A stretch of DNA of 64,000 nucleotides, taken from assembly GCF_006345805.1 (NCBI RefSeq), contig NC_043010.1:52080001-52144000 (forward strand), in the 5' to 3' direction. The position numbers and the translations under genes are program-made. Of this stretch, positions 11,071-24,240 are shown one piece after another. Every line of letters starts with the position of its first letter. Within the stretch, counting starts at the first letter, position 1. The notes under the pieces were generated by a model. The model did no database searches. It had not been told where the DNA came from and saw only the letters and a list, made by a program, of their open reading frames with translations. This DNA is from Octopus sinensis. Its lineage: Eukaryota.

Positions 11071-11399
11071 TCTAAGTAGATAGGCAGGTATGAGGCTTAC
11101 TCTGGTAAAATCTAATTTCTCAACATACCCTTTTAACAAAAGAGTCAATGTGCAAACTTCTACATGAATTTTTAATCTGCAAGAAATAGCAATCAAATTT
11201 TCAAATCACACTGCACTAGCTTACCAGAAAAAAAGGGGAGGAAGCAAAGAATATTGGAAAGAAATTCAGAACTATCCTAGATACTCTTAAAAGACTGGAT
11301 GGTCATAGTTGGAATGCCTTTGATCAAAGGTCTATTTGATTAGAGCTGATGTAAAAAAAATGAAAGCTTGCCTGGTAGTCATGTATCCTGTCACAAGTC

Positions 11400-11615
11400 C
11401 CTGTCTAAAAGTATTCTTGAAGGTACAGCTGAGAGAGGGTGAAAGAAAGGCAGACAGAGAAAATTCTGGTTTGACAACAAGGATTGGACCAGATCACAAC
11501 ACGACGAACCTGATGTGCATGACAGAGAACAGAGACGGTTGACTACGAAAATATCTAGAGTGGTACTGGCTCGCCAAGAATCCTTAACTGCATCAGTTAA
11601 GGGTTCTTGATGATG
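11400..11615 (+). mobile_element. Old RTE-type LINE 3' end with terminal stem-loop
   Basis: ILEGTAE...KGRQRKFW...KDWT-like peptide; stem-loop CCTTAACTG-cat-CAGTTAAGG, then (TGA)n. Confidence 0.6.
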
Positions 11616-11637
11616 TTAATCTGGGGCTAAACAACAA

Positions 11638-11840
11638 TTACCAGTTATGTGACACCAGCATCAGCCACGACTATGATTTCACTTGGCTTGACAGGTCACA
11701 GCATACCACCAAAGTTCTCAGTCACTACTCACTGTCTCTGTTAGGCCCAAAGTTCGAAGGTCATACTTCACCACCTTGTCCCATGTCTTCCTGGGTCTAC
11801 TTCTACCACAGGTTCCCTCCATAGTTAGAGATTGGCACTT
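11638..11840 (-). mobile_element. RTE LINE fragment (inverted duplicate of 18243-18436)
   Basis: GRSRPRKTWDKVVK on minus strand; shares its flank with 18210. Confidence 0.8.
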
Positions 11841-12103
11841 CCTTATACAGCTGTCCTCGTGGGTTACTCTATACTTTTGCAGAGTACAAATTTATCATTC
11901 TTATACAAGAATATCCTATCCTTAACAGTTGAGTCAGGGTTTTTGAAAAGTAAAAGATGTAATTAAGAAAAACAGTTATTTCATAAAATGTTAAAAAGAT
12001 GTCAAGTTCACAAAAATCTTTTCAAAGCATCATTATCATTAGGACATGCAAAAGCTGGAGAGAAATGAGGCTAGTATGTTCTGCTGGATGTGTGACAGAG
12101 CAC

Positions 12104-12222
12104 GGATCTTCTTGGTTTGAATGGCAGTTTTTTCTAGCAATGTCATATGAAATTGTCACCCATAATTATGACCCTAGTATCGATCTATTGCATTTCAATC
12201 TGTTTTAGGGTTAGGGTTAGGG
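12104..12222 (+). mobile_element. Truncated TTAGGG-carrying GG-terminated MITE
   Basis: GGATCTT... start, homologous to 51930-52050, ending in (TTAGGG)3. Confidence 0.75.
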
Positions 12223-12229
12223 AGGAGAG

Positions 12230-12695
12230 TGCACTGGTTTGGTCACGTGAGGCAGATAGATGTAGACAGCTCCATAAAGAAGTGCTGATCACTTGAAGTG
12301 GATGGAACTTGTTGAAGAGGGAGACCCATGAAGACAAGGGGCAAAGTGCTGAAGGATGATCTCAGAGCACTGAGCCTTATAGAGGAGATGACAAAGGACT
12401 GAGATATCTTGTGCCTTGATGTACTCAAGAAGAGCCATCCTCTACAGCAGAAGTGTTAATGATACTCCTGATGAAGAGGACTGGCCTGCAAGAGCCCTGT
12501 GCCGGTGTCACATTAAAAGCTCCCCCAGCAGATTCTGTAAAGTGGTTAGCATTAGGAAGTGTCTCCAAACCATAGAAACCAAGACAAATCAAACTGGAAG
12601 CTGGTGAAGTTCTCCTGCTCACCAGCTCTGGTCAAACTGTCCAATCCATGCCAGCATGGAAAACAGACATTAAAAGATGATGGTGATGATGATGA
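12230..12695 (+). mobile_element. RTE LINE 3' end
   Basis: Degenerate WFGHV...GTC.RGRP.KT peptide and (GAT)n tail. Confidence 0.78.
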
Positions 12696-13174
12696 TATAT
12701 GCATGCAAATATGCCAAATTCACATACTGACAAACATACATGTTTGTCCATCGGCGTGATGAGGACCATCTAGTCATCTTTAAGGACGAATGATGATGTG
12801 TGAGTGATTTTCTTTAATCCAGTGCCAAGACCAGGTCAAGATGACCGGGAATGGAGACAAGATAACGCGTCAACCAAGATATTTCATTTACTTTATGTTT
12901 CCTGCACTTCACAAGGCATTGCTACAGATGCCTTCCCCTCTGTTGAAGATTTCTTCCATAGAGTCTGCTAGGGCCAGTCTTCAGATGCATAGGTAGACAA
13001 ACCCTTATATGCAAATAACCCTTAGCTGGCACCCTGACAGGTGCTACTGCTCCAGGTCAAAATAGACCTGGGAACAATAGTGGATAAAAGCTGGTTCCAT
13101 AGTCCTCGAAACCCTACTACCAGATGCAGTTGTAAGTCATAACTAGGACTATCTGACACACATATACACACAAA

Positions 13175-13525
13175 TATACCATTCGAGCGTGATCGTTACT
13201 AGCGTCACCTTACTGGCATGTGAAAAAAAAATTTCACCAAGGTCATTGCTAGTGCTGCTGGACTGGCTCCTGTGCAGGTGGCACGTAAAAAACACCATTT
13301 GAGCATGGCCGTTGCCAGTACCGCCTGACTGGCCCTTGTGCCGGTGGCACGTAAAAGCACCCACTACACTCTCTGAGTGGTTGGCGTTAGGAAGGGCATC
13401 TAGCTGTAGAAACTCTGCCAGATCAGATTGGAGCCTGGTGCAGCCATCTGGCTCACCAGTACTCAGTCAAATCATCCAACCCATGCTAGCATGGAAAGCA
13501 GACATTAAACGATGATGATGATGAC
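13175..13525 (+). mobile_element. RTE LINE 3'UTR with internal GGCACGTAAAAGCACC modules
   Basis: Conserved 3' end GACATTAAACGATGATGATG. Confidence 0.85.
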
Positions 13526-14399
13526 ATACAATGATATAAGAATACTCATAATATAAATATATAAGGTAGCCAATTGGCATAGCCATGAGAACAGATGGAC
13601 TGCTTTGTGGTAATCGTTCCAGCTTACTGCACTTTGAGTTCAAATCCTACAAGGTCGACCATGTTTTTATCTTTTTTTCAGTGATCAATAGATAAAGTAC
13701 CAGTCATGTATTGGGCTAGATTTTTCTCTTCTTTTAACTCTTTCACTATGTCTCTCACTTTCTGGAGGAAATCAACTTAGTTTAGATCTGGCAAGGAATG
13801 AGCTCAGCCAGGTCTAGTCTAAAAATGCCTAAAATACTGCATGTCAAAGCAGCATCCCTATGACTCCATCAAGGATATCGGGGTCCATGGCATGGCATGA
13901 CAGTACAAATGCATGTATGAGCATGTATATACATAACGCACACGCACACACATACACTTATACATTCTCCTCTATACAGTCAGGGATCCTGCTACAAGTA
14001 GCAGTTACACATATGTGTATACAAATATACATCTATACACACAGAGCAATATATGCATATTCATAACACAAATATACATAGAACACACCCATATATACAC
14101 TCATACATTAACCAATAAGGTGCCCTCTACAGCCACTTAAGTGGTTTCAAGTGGAAGTCAAGAACACTGCATTTTAGCACAAGAGGTAGTAATAAAATTT
14201 TCTCAGTTGTCACATGCTAGCCAATATACAGGCATGCCTAATGTGGTTAAGAAGCTTGCTTCCTAACTACATGGTCCCGGGTTCAGTCCCACTGTGTGGC
14301 AACTTGGGCAAGTATCATCTACTATAGCCCTAGGCCAACCAAAGCTTATGAATAGATTTGGTAGACAGAAACTGAAATTTGCCCATATATATATATATA

Positions 14400-14985
<586 letters not shown>

Positions 14986-15004
14986 AATATATATATATAT
15001 ATAT

Positions 15005-15170
15005 ATTATTTATTTAAAAGGTCACAATACATGTATGAAAGTGCTACTAATAGTTTCATACTGTGAGAGAACTCAAACATTCTTCAAGCATTAACCACAT
15101 ATTAGTAGCACTTTAATAGATGTATTGTGACCTATAAATAAGTAACATTTATCTCTCGCCAGATGGAGTA
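15005..15170 (-). mobile_element. Penelope-like remnant: inverted repeat plus hammerhead-like core (15042-15090)
   Basis: IR 15011-15052 / 15100-15140. Minus strand TGC-TTGAAGA-stem-GAAA-CTA/t/TAGT-A-GCA. Confidence 0.55.
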
Positions 15171-15567
15171 ATTTTTTTTTTTGTTGAATTTTCTATTATG
15201 GAGCAGTACGTTTATATAAACACACACACACACCCTTGTCTAGATATCACATGATGGCTGAAAATAAGCATAATTGTCATAGAGAGGTGTTTGTTTCCAG
15301 TTTTTCGTAAAAGAAAACAAAATCTAGCTATGGAAGGAAATGTTACCATGCTTAGAAATAGGTGGGAGAGTGACAACAGGAAGGGAATCCAGCAATAGAA
15401 AATTTGCCTCAGCAAATTTCATCTGACTCCTACAAGCATAGAAACGTGAACATTAAATGATGATGATAATACACACACACGCACACATATACACAGAAGC
15501 AAGCCATATTGAGCTAGAGTGGCAGAGTAGGTTCCTCAAACCAGTATGATCTGATGTAGAAACTCAA

Positions 15568-15803
15568 GGCGGCGAGCTGGCAGAAACGTTAGCACGCTGG
15601 GCAAAATGCTTAGCAGTATTTCATCTGCCGTTACGTTCGGAGTTCAAATTCCCCCAGGTCGACTTTGCCTTTCATCCTTTCGGGGTCGATAAATGAAGTA
15701 CCAGTTATGCACTGGAGTCGATGTAATCGACTTAATCCGTTTGTCTGTCCTTGTTTGTCCCCCCCTGTGTTTAGCCCCTTGTGGGGAATAAACAAATAAG
15801 AAA
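15568..15803 (+). mobile_element. Family B SINE, full length monomer
   Basis: GGCGGCGAGCTGGCAGAAACG head, GAGTTCAAATTCC B-box, GCCTTTCATCCTTTCGGGGTCGATAAA core. Confidence 0.9.
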
Positions 15804-16779
15804 TTCACGGCCTCAACATCAGACCATGGCTGGTGGAGAGAACATGCTGAGGCCCTCAACCTGCAGTGGACTGAACATGGGCAATCCAATCCAAGCAAGC
15901 ACAAGACAATATACATATAAACATAAAAGCCATAGAGACAAACACACATACATACACCCAGCCAAACACAGATCAACTTAGATACACACAAACATTGTAA
16001 ACCAACTGCAATGGCATAAAGAAAACGATTTTTTTTAAATATTTCCATTAGCTATTATCATCATCATGTAACAACATGACTACACTTGCTATCATTACCA
16101 TTAATTACATAAAAATCAGTCCAAACAAAAGGAACAGTTAATTAACATTTCTGCTGCTGTCTTTTCTCCTTTTCTCCCACCCATTTTATTATTATTATTT
16201 TGTAAAAAACATTACCCAAGGCAAAGGGAATAATATCTATTTATTCCTTTAATTTTCATGAAATATTAATGCATTAGACTGACTAGTAAGAAGCTGAGAG
16301 ACGTATCTTTGTTTAACATTTTTTTTTCATGCTAAGAAGCTTGCTTCCCAACCACATGGTTCAAGGTTCAGTCCCACTGCATGGCACCTTGAGCAAGTGT
16401 CTTCTTCTATAAGCTCAACATCTGTATTTTTCTGAGATATTTTTAGTCATCAAGACTGGAGTATCGTTCAAATATTGGAATAAAATTTTTGTTATATATA
16501 TATATATATATAGGCGCAGGAGTGGCTATGTGGTAAGTAGCTTGCTTACCAACCACACGGTTCCGGGTTCAGTCCCACTGCATGGCACTTTGGGCAAGTG
16601 TCACTTGGAAAAAGTGGACCTCAAAATGGTGATGATGATAAGTAATTATTTCTAATATAAATGAAAGACCTAGAATTTAGGGGACAGGAATAATAAATTA
16701 TTTTGACCCCCAGTATTTGACTGGTACTTTCTTCTACAAACCTCCAAAAGAATGGAAAGACAAAAGTTGGTTTCAGTGA

Positions 16780-17008
16780 CATGTAAAAGCGCACGTGTAG
16801 TGCCATGTAAAAGCACCCGTGTGGCGCCACATAAAAGCACCTAAGCAGTGCCATGTAAAAGCATCTAGCACACTCTGTAAAGTGGGTGAATTAGGAAGGG
16901 TATCCAGTCATAGAAACCATGCTAAATCAGATGGGCTGGTGGGGCAGCTCTGGTACCACTGTCCAACCCATGCCAGCATGAACAATGGACATTAAATGAC
17001 GATGATGA
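16780..17008 (+). mobile_element. RTE 3'UTR fragment with ~23-26-bp tandem module
   Basis: Repeated GCCATGTAAAAGCAC; tail GGACATTAAATGACGATGATG. Confidence 0.75.
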
Positions 17009-17056
17009 AAAGTAAAGGGCTGCAATAAACACAAGGTATTTTATTCAATGCTTTAA

Positions 17057-17710
17057 CCCTTTAATGTTTAAACTGGCCATATTCAGCCCAAATATTCTGT
17101 ATGTTTTATATACAAACTGGTGATATCCAACCTCTCACACCTAACCTATATTGATATTCTAAAAATAAACTATCACATCATTGAAACCTCAAAGCTATAA
17201 GATAATGCATGATTAATTCAAAACAATTTGAGTGAAAAACTATTACATTTAACAGAGTAATCTGAATACTAAAGGGTTAAACCTTTAGCATTCTCTCCCC
17301 CACCCCTCAATCACACCTTACTGATTTAACTCTATAACATAGAGATTAATCTGTCAAATGTCATGCTTATTAATTCATAATGTTTTGAATTAATCACTCA
17401 TTATCTCGTTGCTTCAAGATTTCAATGATGTGATTGCTTATTTTTAGAATGACATTGCAGAGTCAGTGTAAGAGTCTAGATCTGGCCAGTTTGACACAAA
17501 GCAGGTATATTTGGGTTGTATATGGCTGGCTTAAACCTTTAGCATTTAAACTGGCCATATCCAGCCTCTCACATCTACCCTACAATGTCTTTCTAAAAAT
17601 AAGCACTCAAATCATTGAAATCTCAAAACTGCAAGATAATGCATGGTTAATTCAAAACAATGTAAATGAATAAAAATTACAATCGAAAGGGTAACCTGAA
17701 TGCCAAAGGG
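17057..17710. mobile_element. Cluster of three piggyBac-like MITEs joined at TTAA sites
   Basis: TTAA at 17053, 17277, 17531 and 17711. The middle copy is inverted. Confidence 0.78.
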
Positions 17711-18242
17711 TTAATGATTCTACCCCACCTCCTTTTTTTCCTTTTTTAAAACTGTTACTCAAGGTTAAACACTTGCAGAGGAAGAGCATCAATGACATAA
17801 ATTAACCTCACTATATGGCCAGTACATATTTTTATCAACCTTGAATGGATGAAAGGATAATACACACCTATTGAGAACTGAACCCAGAATATAGCACAGA
17901 AATTAAACAAAAGGAACAGGCATGGCTGTTGGGTGAAGAAGCTTACTTTTGCAACCACATGGTTTCAGGTTCAGCCCTACTTTGTGTCGCCTTGAGCAAG
18001 TGTCATCTACTAAAGCTCTGGATGCCCAATGCTCTGTGAGTGTATCTGGTAAATGAAAATGGTATGGTGGCTCATCATGTGTGTGTGTGTGTGTATATTA
18101 TTATTATTATAAAGTTGACAGTGACTTTGAAGTTTTGACCAGCTAAACTATCAACAGACTACAGTCCAACAATGGCTTATCTGGTTGAAGCTTTGAAGTC
18201 ACTGACAACATTCTTGTATAAGAATGATAAATTTGTACTCTG

Positions 18243-18835
18243 CAGCTGTGTAAGGAAGTGCCAATCTCTAAGTGTGGAGGGAACCTGTGGTAGAAGTAGA
18301 CCCAGGAAGACATGGGACAAGGTGGTGAAGCATGACCTTCGAACTTTGGGCCTAACAGAAGCAATGAGTATGCTGTGACCTGTCAAGACAAGTGAAATCA
18401 TAATCGTGGCTGATGCTGGTGTCACATAAATGGTAACTGTGCTGGTGACATGTACAAAGCACCTTTTGAGCATTGGGCTTCATGGAGGCAAAGTGGCCAA
18501 TGCCAGTGGCACATGAAAAGCTCCTTTCAAGTGTGGGTCTTCACACAGGCAATGACCAAGACTGTTGCCATTATGTCGTGCTTGAGAAGGAAACCCATCA
18601 AGCCAAGTAAAATCACAGTTGTTGCAGATACTGGTGTTGTGCAAATGGCACCCGTGCCGGTGGCGTGTAAAAGCACCCATTACACTCTCAGAGTGGTTGG
18701 CATTAGGAAGGGCATCCAGCTGTAGAAACCATGCCAAATCAGACTGGAGTCTAGTGCAGCCTTCCAGCTTGCCAGCCCTGGTCAAACCATCCAACCCATA
18801 CCAGCAAGGACAACAGATGTTAAATGATGATGAAG
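18243..18835 (+). mobile_element. RTE LINE 3' end
   Basis: SCVRKCQSLSVEGTCGRSRPRKTWDKVVKHDLRTLGLTEAM and (GAT)n tail. Confidence 0.87.
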
Positions 18836-18869
<34 letters not shown>

Positions 18870-19409
18870 GTACATATGTGTATGTATGTATGTATTTGTA
18901 GGTGTATATTTTTGTCTTCCCACCATGTGACAACAAGCGTTGGTTTGTTGATATCCCCATAAATTAGCAGCTTTGCTAGTTCAATAGAATAAATATCAGA
19001 CTTAAAAACAAAGTCCTGGGATCAATTTGTTGCAACCAAAACCCTTCAAAGCAGTGCCCCAGCATGGCCACTGTCCAATGATTGAAACAAGTGAAAAATA
19101 AAAGAAAAGACCGAGAAAGCATTTAGTCCAGCACTCAAAATATTTGTACTATCTCATTATCTATTTAATAATACTTCTTGCTGAAAGCTTCTTCAAAGAA
19201 ATCACAATAGCAATCTGCAGACTACTCGCCAATAATTTATCAACAGCCTTTTATCTTTTACTTGTTTCAGTCACTGGATCGCGGCCATGCTGGAGCACCA
19301 CTTTGAAGAGTTTAGTCAAACAAATCAACTGCACTATTTATTTTTAAGCCTGGTACTCAGTCTAACAATCTCTTAGGCCAAACTGCTAAGTTATGGGAAT
19401 GTAAACAGA

Positions 19410-19689
19410 CACAAGTCAGGGCAAGGTTGTTTTATGGAAGACCAGCAGTTGCCCATGCATACAGGCCTCCCCTCTCCACACCACTAGTGTTATCCAAGGG
19501 AAAGGCAAAGGGGCCGATACAGCTTGGCACCAGTGACACCGCAACTCATTTCTACAGCTGAGTGAACTGGAGCAACTTGAAATAAAGTGTCTTGCTCAAG
19601 AACACAACACACAGCCCAGTCCAGGATTCGAACTCACAACCTCATGATCGTAAGCTCGATGCTCTAAACACTGAGCCATGCGCCTTCAC
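19410..19689 (-). mobile_element. Family C SINE
   Basis: Reverse of GTGAAGGCGCATGGCTCAGTG...GAGTTCGAATCC head and CTTGAGCAAGACACTT core. Confidence 0.87.
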
Positions 19690-19714
19690 ATATATATATA
19701 TATATATATATATG

Positions 19715-19876
19715 TACAGGGTGCAGCAAACAAATTGTTGTCTAAATTATGCAAAAAAGAAAATAACACTGACATCTCATTTTAACAGATATATTTACCA
19801 AAATTACATAAAAATATCTTGAAATACTAAAGAGAAAATTTATTCAATAAAATCACCATTGGCTTCAACCACAGCA
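19715..19876 (-). mobile_element. Tc1/mariner-superfamily 3' end fragment
   Basis: TA-CAGGGTG terminus; minus strand encodes AVVEANGDFIE*. Confidence 0.65.
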
Positions 19877-20322
19877 AAAGAGTAGTGTAAGTTCCAGACT
19901 TAAAAATAAGTACTGGGGTCAATTTGTTTGGGGTTGCCCCATAATGGCCACAGTGCAATGGCTGAAACATGTAAAAAAGGAAAACCGATAAATACAATGA
20001 TCTAGAACCATATCAATCAATGTACACTTTTTTTTTAAAAATCCTTTGGCTCTCCTGTATATCATGTGATACACAGGAAATATTTCCAGGCCAGCAATTT
20101 ATCATATATTACTTGGAGAGGAGAGACTGGTATGTATGAGCAACTGCTGGTCGTCCACAAACAACCTTGATGCCCGAACTTGTGCCTCAGAACATTCTAT
20201 GTACAATCCTATGGTCATTCATGACCAAAGGGGCTTTTTATTTGCTTTATTTACTAGTTATGGGAGAAGAGCAATGAAAACATGTGACATTCATATACTC
20301 TGCTGATTTCTTGAAGCAGCTC

Positions 20323-20708
20323 TCTTTTACTCGTTTCAGTCATTTGACTGCGGCCATGCTGGAGCACCACCTTTAGACGAGCAAATCGCACCTAGGGCTT
20401 ATTATTTGTAAGCCTAGTACTTATTCTATCAGTCTCTTTTGCCGAAGCACTAAGTTAAGGAGATGTAAACACACCAGCATCGGTTGTCAAGCGATGTTGG
20501 GGAGACAAACACAGACACACACATATATATATATATACATATACATGACGGGCTTCCTTCAATTTCCATCTACCAAATCCACTCACAAGGCTTTGGTCAG
20601 CCCGAGGTTAAAGTAGAAGACACTTGCCCAAGGTGTCACGCAGTGGGAATGAACCCGGAACCATGTGGTTCGTAAGCAAGCTACTTACAACACAGCCACT
20701 CCTGCGCC
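20323..20708 (-). mobile_element. Family A SINE, full length
   Basis: Head GGCGCAGGAGTGGCTGTG at 20708. Confidence 0.9.
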
Positions 20709-21112
20709 TATGATAAGGATTCCTAATTGTTTGTGACTAGCAGAGTAACTTGGGACTTATGAACGGAAAGCTTTATATTACAAGCAATGTTTGAAACGAG
20801 GACTAACAAGAAGTCTGAAAACAAGCATGGACATTTAGGACAAACTTATGAAAATGCTTTGAAGAGACAAATGGTTAAAACAGTAGGGTGCAATGTTAGG
20901 AAGAACTGGCTGCTATTTCTAGGAAGTACAACTATGAAGAACTGCCTTCGTTAGCTCATTACTTATACAAACAGTTACACAATACAAACAGGCTGTGACA
21001 GACTTATAAAACAATAGTCAGCAACTTCAAGGTTATGCTTGTTTGGAACATTGGGCAGGTAGCCAACCATGGAATTCAGTCAAGTAAATCTTCTAACTTT
21101 TGTTTTCTTTTA

Positions 21113-21590
21113 ATCATCATCATCGTTTAACGTCTGCTTTCCATGCTAGCATGGATTGGATGATTTGACTGAGGACTGGCAAACCAGATGGCTGCACCGG
21201 GCTCCAATCTGATCTGGCAGAGTTTCTACAGCTGGATGCCCTTCCTAACGCCAACCACTCCGAGAGTGTAGTGGTGCTTTTATGTGCCACCAGCATGAGG
21301 ACCAGTCAGGCGGTACTTACAACAGCCACGAAAAAAATCGTGTTTTTTTACGTGTCACTTGCACACCGGCACAAGTGCCAGTAAGACAATGTGGTAACAA
21401 TCATGCTCGAATGGTGCTTTTTACGTGCCAACAAGCTTCTTTCAGTTTCCATCTACCAAATCCACTCACAAGGTTTTGGTCAGCCCAAGAGTATAGTAGA
21501 AGACACTTGCCCAAGGTGCCGTACACATTAGGACTGAATCCGGAACCATGTTGTTGGGAAGCAAGCTTCTTATCACACAACCATACCATC
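21113..21590 (-). mobile_element. RTE 3'UTR fragment abutting a family A SINE 5' half
   Basis: (CAT)n-CGTTTAACGTC at 21113; SINE body from ~21432. Confidence 0.8.
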
Positions 21591-21627
21591 TTTTTTATCA
21601 TATTTTACTCCTTGTAGTTAATTATGA

Positions 21628-21955
21628 GTGAAGGTGCATGGCTCAGTGATTAAAGCATCAGGCCTTCTACTGTGAGGTAGTGAGTTTGATTCCTGAACTA
21701 GGCTATGTGTTGAGGTTCTTGAGTAAGACACTTTATTTCACGTTGCTCCAGTTCTCAGCTGTAGAAATAAGCCATGACGTCACGGGTGCCAAGCTGTATC
21801 AGCCTTTGCCTTTCTCTAGGATAATATCGGTGGCGTCGAGAGGAGAGACTGGTATGCATGAGCAACTGCTGGTCTTCCACAAATAACCTTGCCCGGACTT
21901 GTGCCTTAGAACATTCTAGGTACAATCCTAAGGTCATTCATGACCAAAGGGGTTT
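21628..21955 (+). mobile_element. Family C SINE
   Basis: GTGAAGGTGCATGGCTCAGTG head and family core. Confidence 0.85.
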
Positions 21956-22297
21956 TTTTATTTACTTTATTTACTAGTTATGGGAGAAGAGCAATGAAAA
22001 CATGTGACATTCATATATATACTCTGCTGATTTCTTAAAGCAGCTCTCTATATAAGTAGATGAAAATTTCTTCTTCCCATGTTCAGAATAGCTTGGTTTA
22101 TATAACATCACTACAGAAAACATTACACACGTTGTATAACAAACACTGTCCAGTATAGCAACATGGCAAAGCAGTTGTTTAGGCTCTGACTGAGCAAGCA
22201 AATTATGACTGAAAGGTAATTCCAGCAGTGGCCACCCTAACTTTTTGCAGATACTGGCATACTTCAAACTACATTATCCACAGTGTTCTTTTGTTAA

Positions 22298-22520
22298 CCC
22301 TTTAGCATTTAAACTAGCCATATCCAGCCAAAAATATTCTAATTGTTTTATGTTAAAAAGTGGCCAGATCTGGCTTCTCACACCTACCCTACAATGTCAA
22401 TCGAAAAATAAGCAATTACATGACTGAAATCTCAAAGGCATGAAATAATGCATGATTAATTCAAAACAATGTGAATAAATAAGTATTACATTTGACAGAG
22501 TAATCTGAATGCTAAATGGG
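22298..22520. mobile_element. piggyBac-like MITE
   Basis: TTAA|CCCTTTAGCATT...AATGCTAAATGGG|TTAA. Confidence 0.82.
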
Positions 22521-22982
22521 TTAAGCCAGTAAGGTGCAATGGGAGTGGATTTGACTGCTACTTCTAGTAAGTCAAGCAATCACGCAGAGGCTCTATTGTC
22601 ATTGTAGTTGTAGTAGTAGTAGTAGAGTATGATGAAACTATGTAAACAAACAGTGCAGTTGAGCTTGGTACATTATACTGACTTCACTTTACAAAGTAAC
22701 GCAGCCTAAATGAAAAATTTAATACTTGTGGGAAAGAACTGGTGTGAGAATGACAAGAGAGAGAAAGAACAGAGGAGTAGAAAGACCTTAAATGGGCAAC
22801 AAAAAAAAAAAAAAGTAATACAGTCAATACATTTTTTTTATCAACTTTTGCCACAGCAGAACCTGTATTTTAATCTCTAAAGAACAGTGATGGCTTCTGT
22901 GTATATAACCCTACAAAAGAGTGAACACTTTAAATCCTTGTAAACCAGTTCTCATTTTATTAACCCCTTTTACTGTAGAAAA

Positions 22983-23310
22983 GTGAAGGCGCATGGCTCA
23001 GCGGTTAGAGCGTCGAGCTTACGATCGTGAGGTTGTGAGCTCGAATCCCGGACTGGGCTGTGTGTTGTGTTCTTGAGCAAGATACTTTATTTCACGTTGC
23101 TCCAGTTCACTCAGCTGTAGAAATGAGTTGTGACGTCACTGGTGCCAAGTTGTATCGGCCCCTTTGCCTTTCCCCTGGATAACACTGGTGGCGTGGAGAG
23201 GGGAGACCAGTATGCATGGGCAACTGCTGGTCTCCCATAAACAACCTTACCCGGACTTGTGCCTGGGAGGGTAACTTTCTTGGTGCAATCCCATGGTCAG
23301 TGTCGTGACC
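22983..23310 (+). mobile_element. Family C SINE, full length
   Basis: tRNA-like head with A and B boxes, core and 3' region. Confidence 0.88.
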
Positions 23311-23825
23311 CAGTTACTGCAGAAATCAAATATATCCACTTAGAATTTTATTACCCTTAATTGTGGAAAGCGGTTTTATATGCCAATCTATCTTTAGTTG
23401 AGGAATGTCATGTTTGAAACTACTTTTTTTGTTGAGATATGTCAAGTACAGTTAAGGCAACGTGATTTTGCAGAAAATACCAATTCTATTATCCATTAGA
23501 TATTTAACATAATTACTGGAGTAACGATGGAAATTAATCAAGTAGCTAAATGGTTAATATAATTACATGGGGCTGTTGATATTTTTATCCACCTCAAATT
23601 TTACTTTTTTTTTTTCCATCATTAGCCAGCAGCCATGCTGGGGCACTGCCCTGAAAGGTTTTAGTAAAACATATCAATCCCTATATTTGTTTCTTTCAAG
23701 TCTAGTACTTAATCTATCAGCCTCTTTTGTTGAACTACTAAGTTATGGGGATATAAACAAACTAACACTGGTTATCAAGCAGGGAATGGAAAGCACACAT
23801 ACACACGAAGGGGATCCACTCCTTT

Positions 23826-24240
23826 TCTTATTTCTTTATTGCCCACACGGAGCTAAACATAGAGGGGACAAACAAGGACAGACAAAGGGATTAAGTCGAT
23901 TACATCGACCCCAGTGCATAACTGGTACTTAATTTATCGACCCCGAAAGAATGAAAGGCAAAGTCGACGTTGGCGGAATTTGAACTCAGAATGTAAAGAC
24001 AAACGAAATACCTAATTCTTTACTGCCCACAAGGGGCTAAACATAGAGGGGACAAACAAGGACTGACAAATGGATTAAGTCGATTATATCGACCCCAGTG
24101 TGTAACTGGTACTTATTTAATCGACCCCAAAAGGATGAAAAGCAAAGTCGACCTTGGCAGAATTTGAACTCAGAACGTAATGGCAGACGAAATACCGCTA
24201 AGCATTTCGCCTGGCATGTTAACGTTTCTACCAGCTCACA
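23826..24240 (-). mobile_element. Tandem dimer of family B SINE
   Basis: Junction ACGAAATACCTAATTCTTTACT at 24011, equivalent to those of the 9.7-kb array. Confidence 0.9.

Noticed and set aside
11129-11177. Possible 48-nt minus-strand exon (ttcttgcag|...|gtatgt)
   Set aside because: Acceptor seems to overlap an old repeat, and the exon does not resolve the phase.
19174-19215. Possible 40-nt exon (DCYCDFFEEAFSK) that would bridge the phase gap
   Set aside because: No polypyrimidine tract and a weak donor; the phase fit could be chance.
22983-23055. tRNA-like sequences (also 40877, 51182, 14694)
   Set aside because: They continue into SINE bodies and lack a proper acceptor stem.
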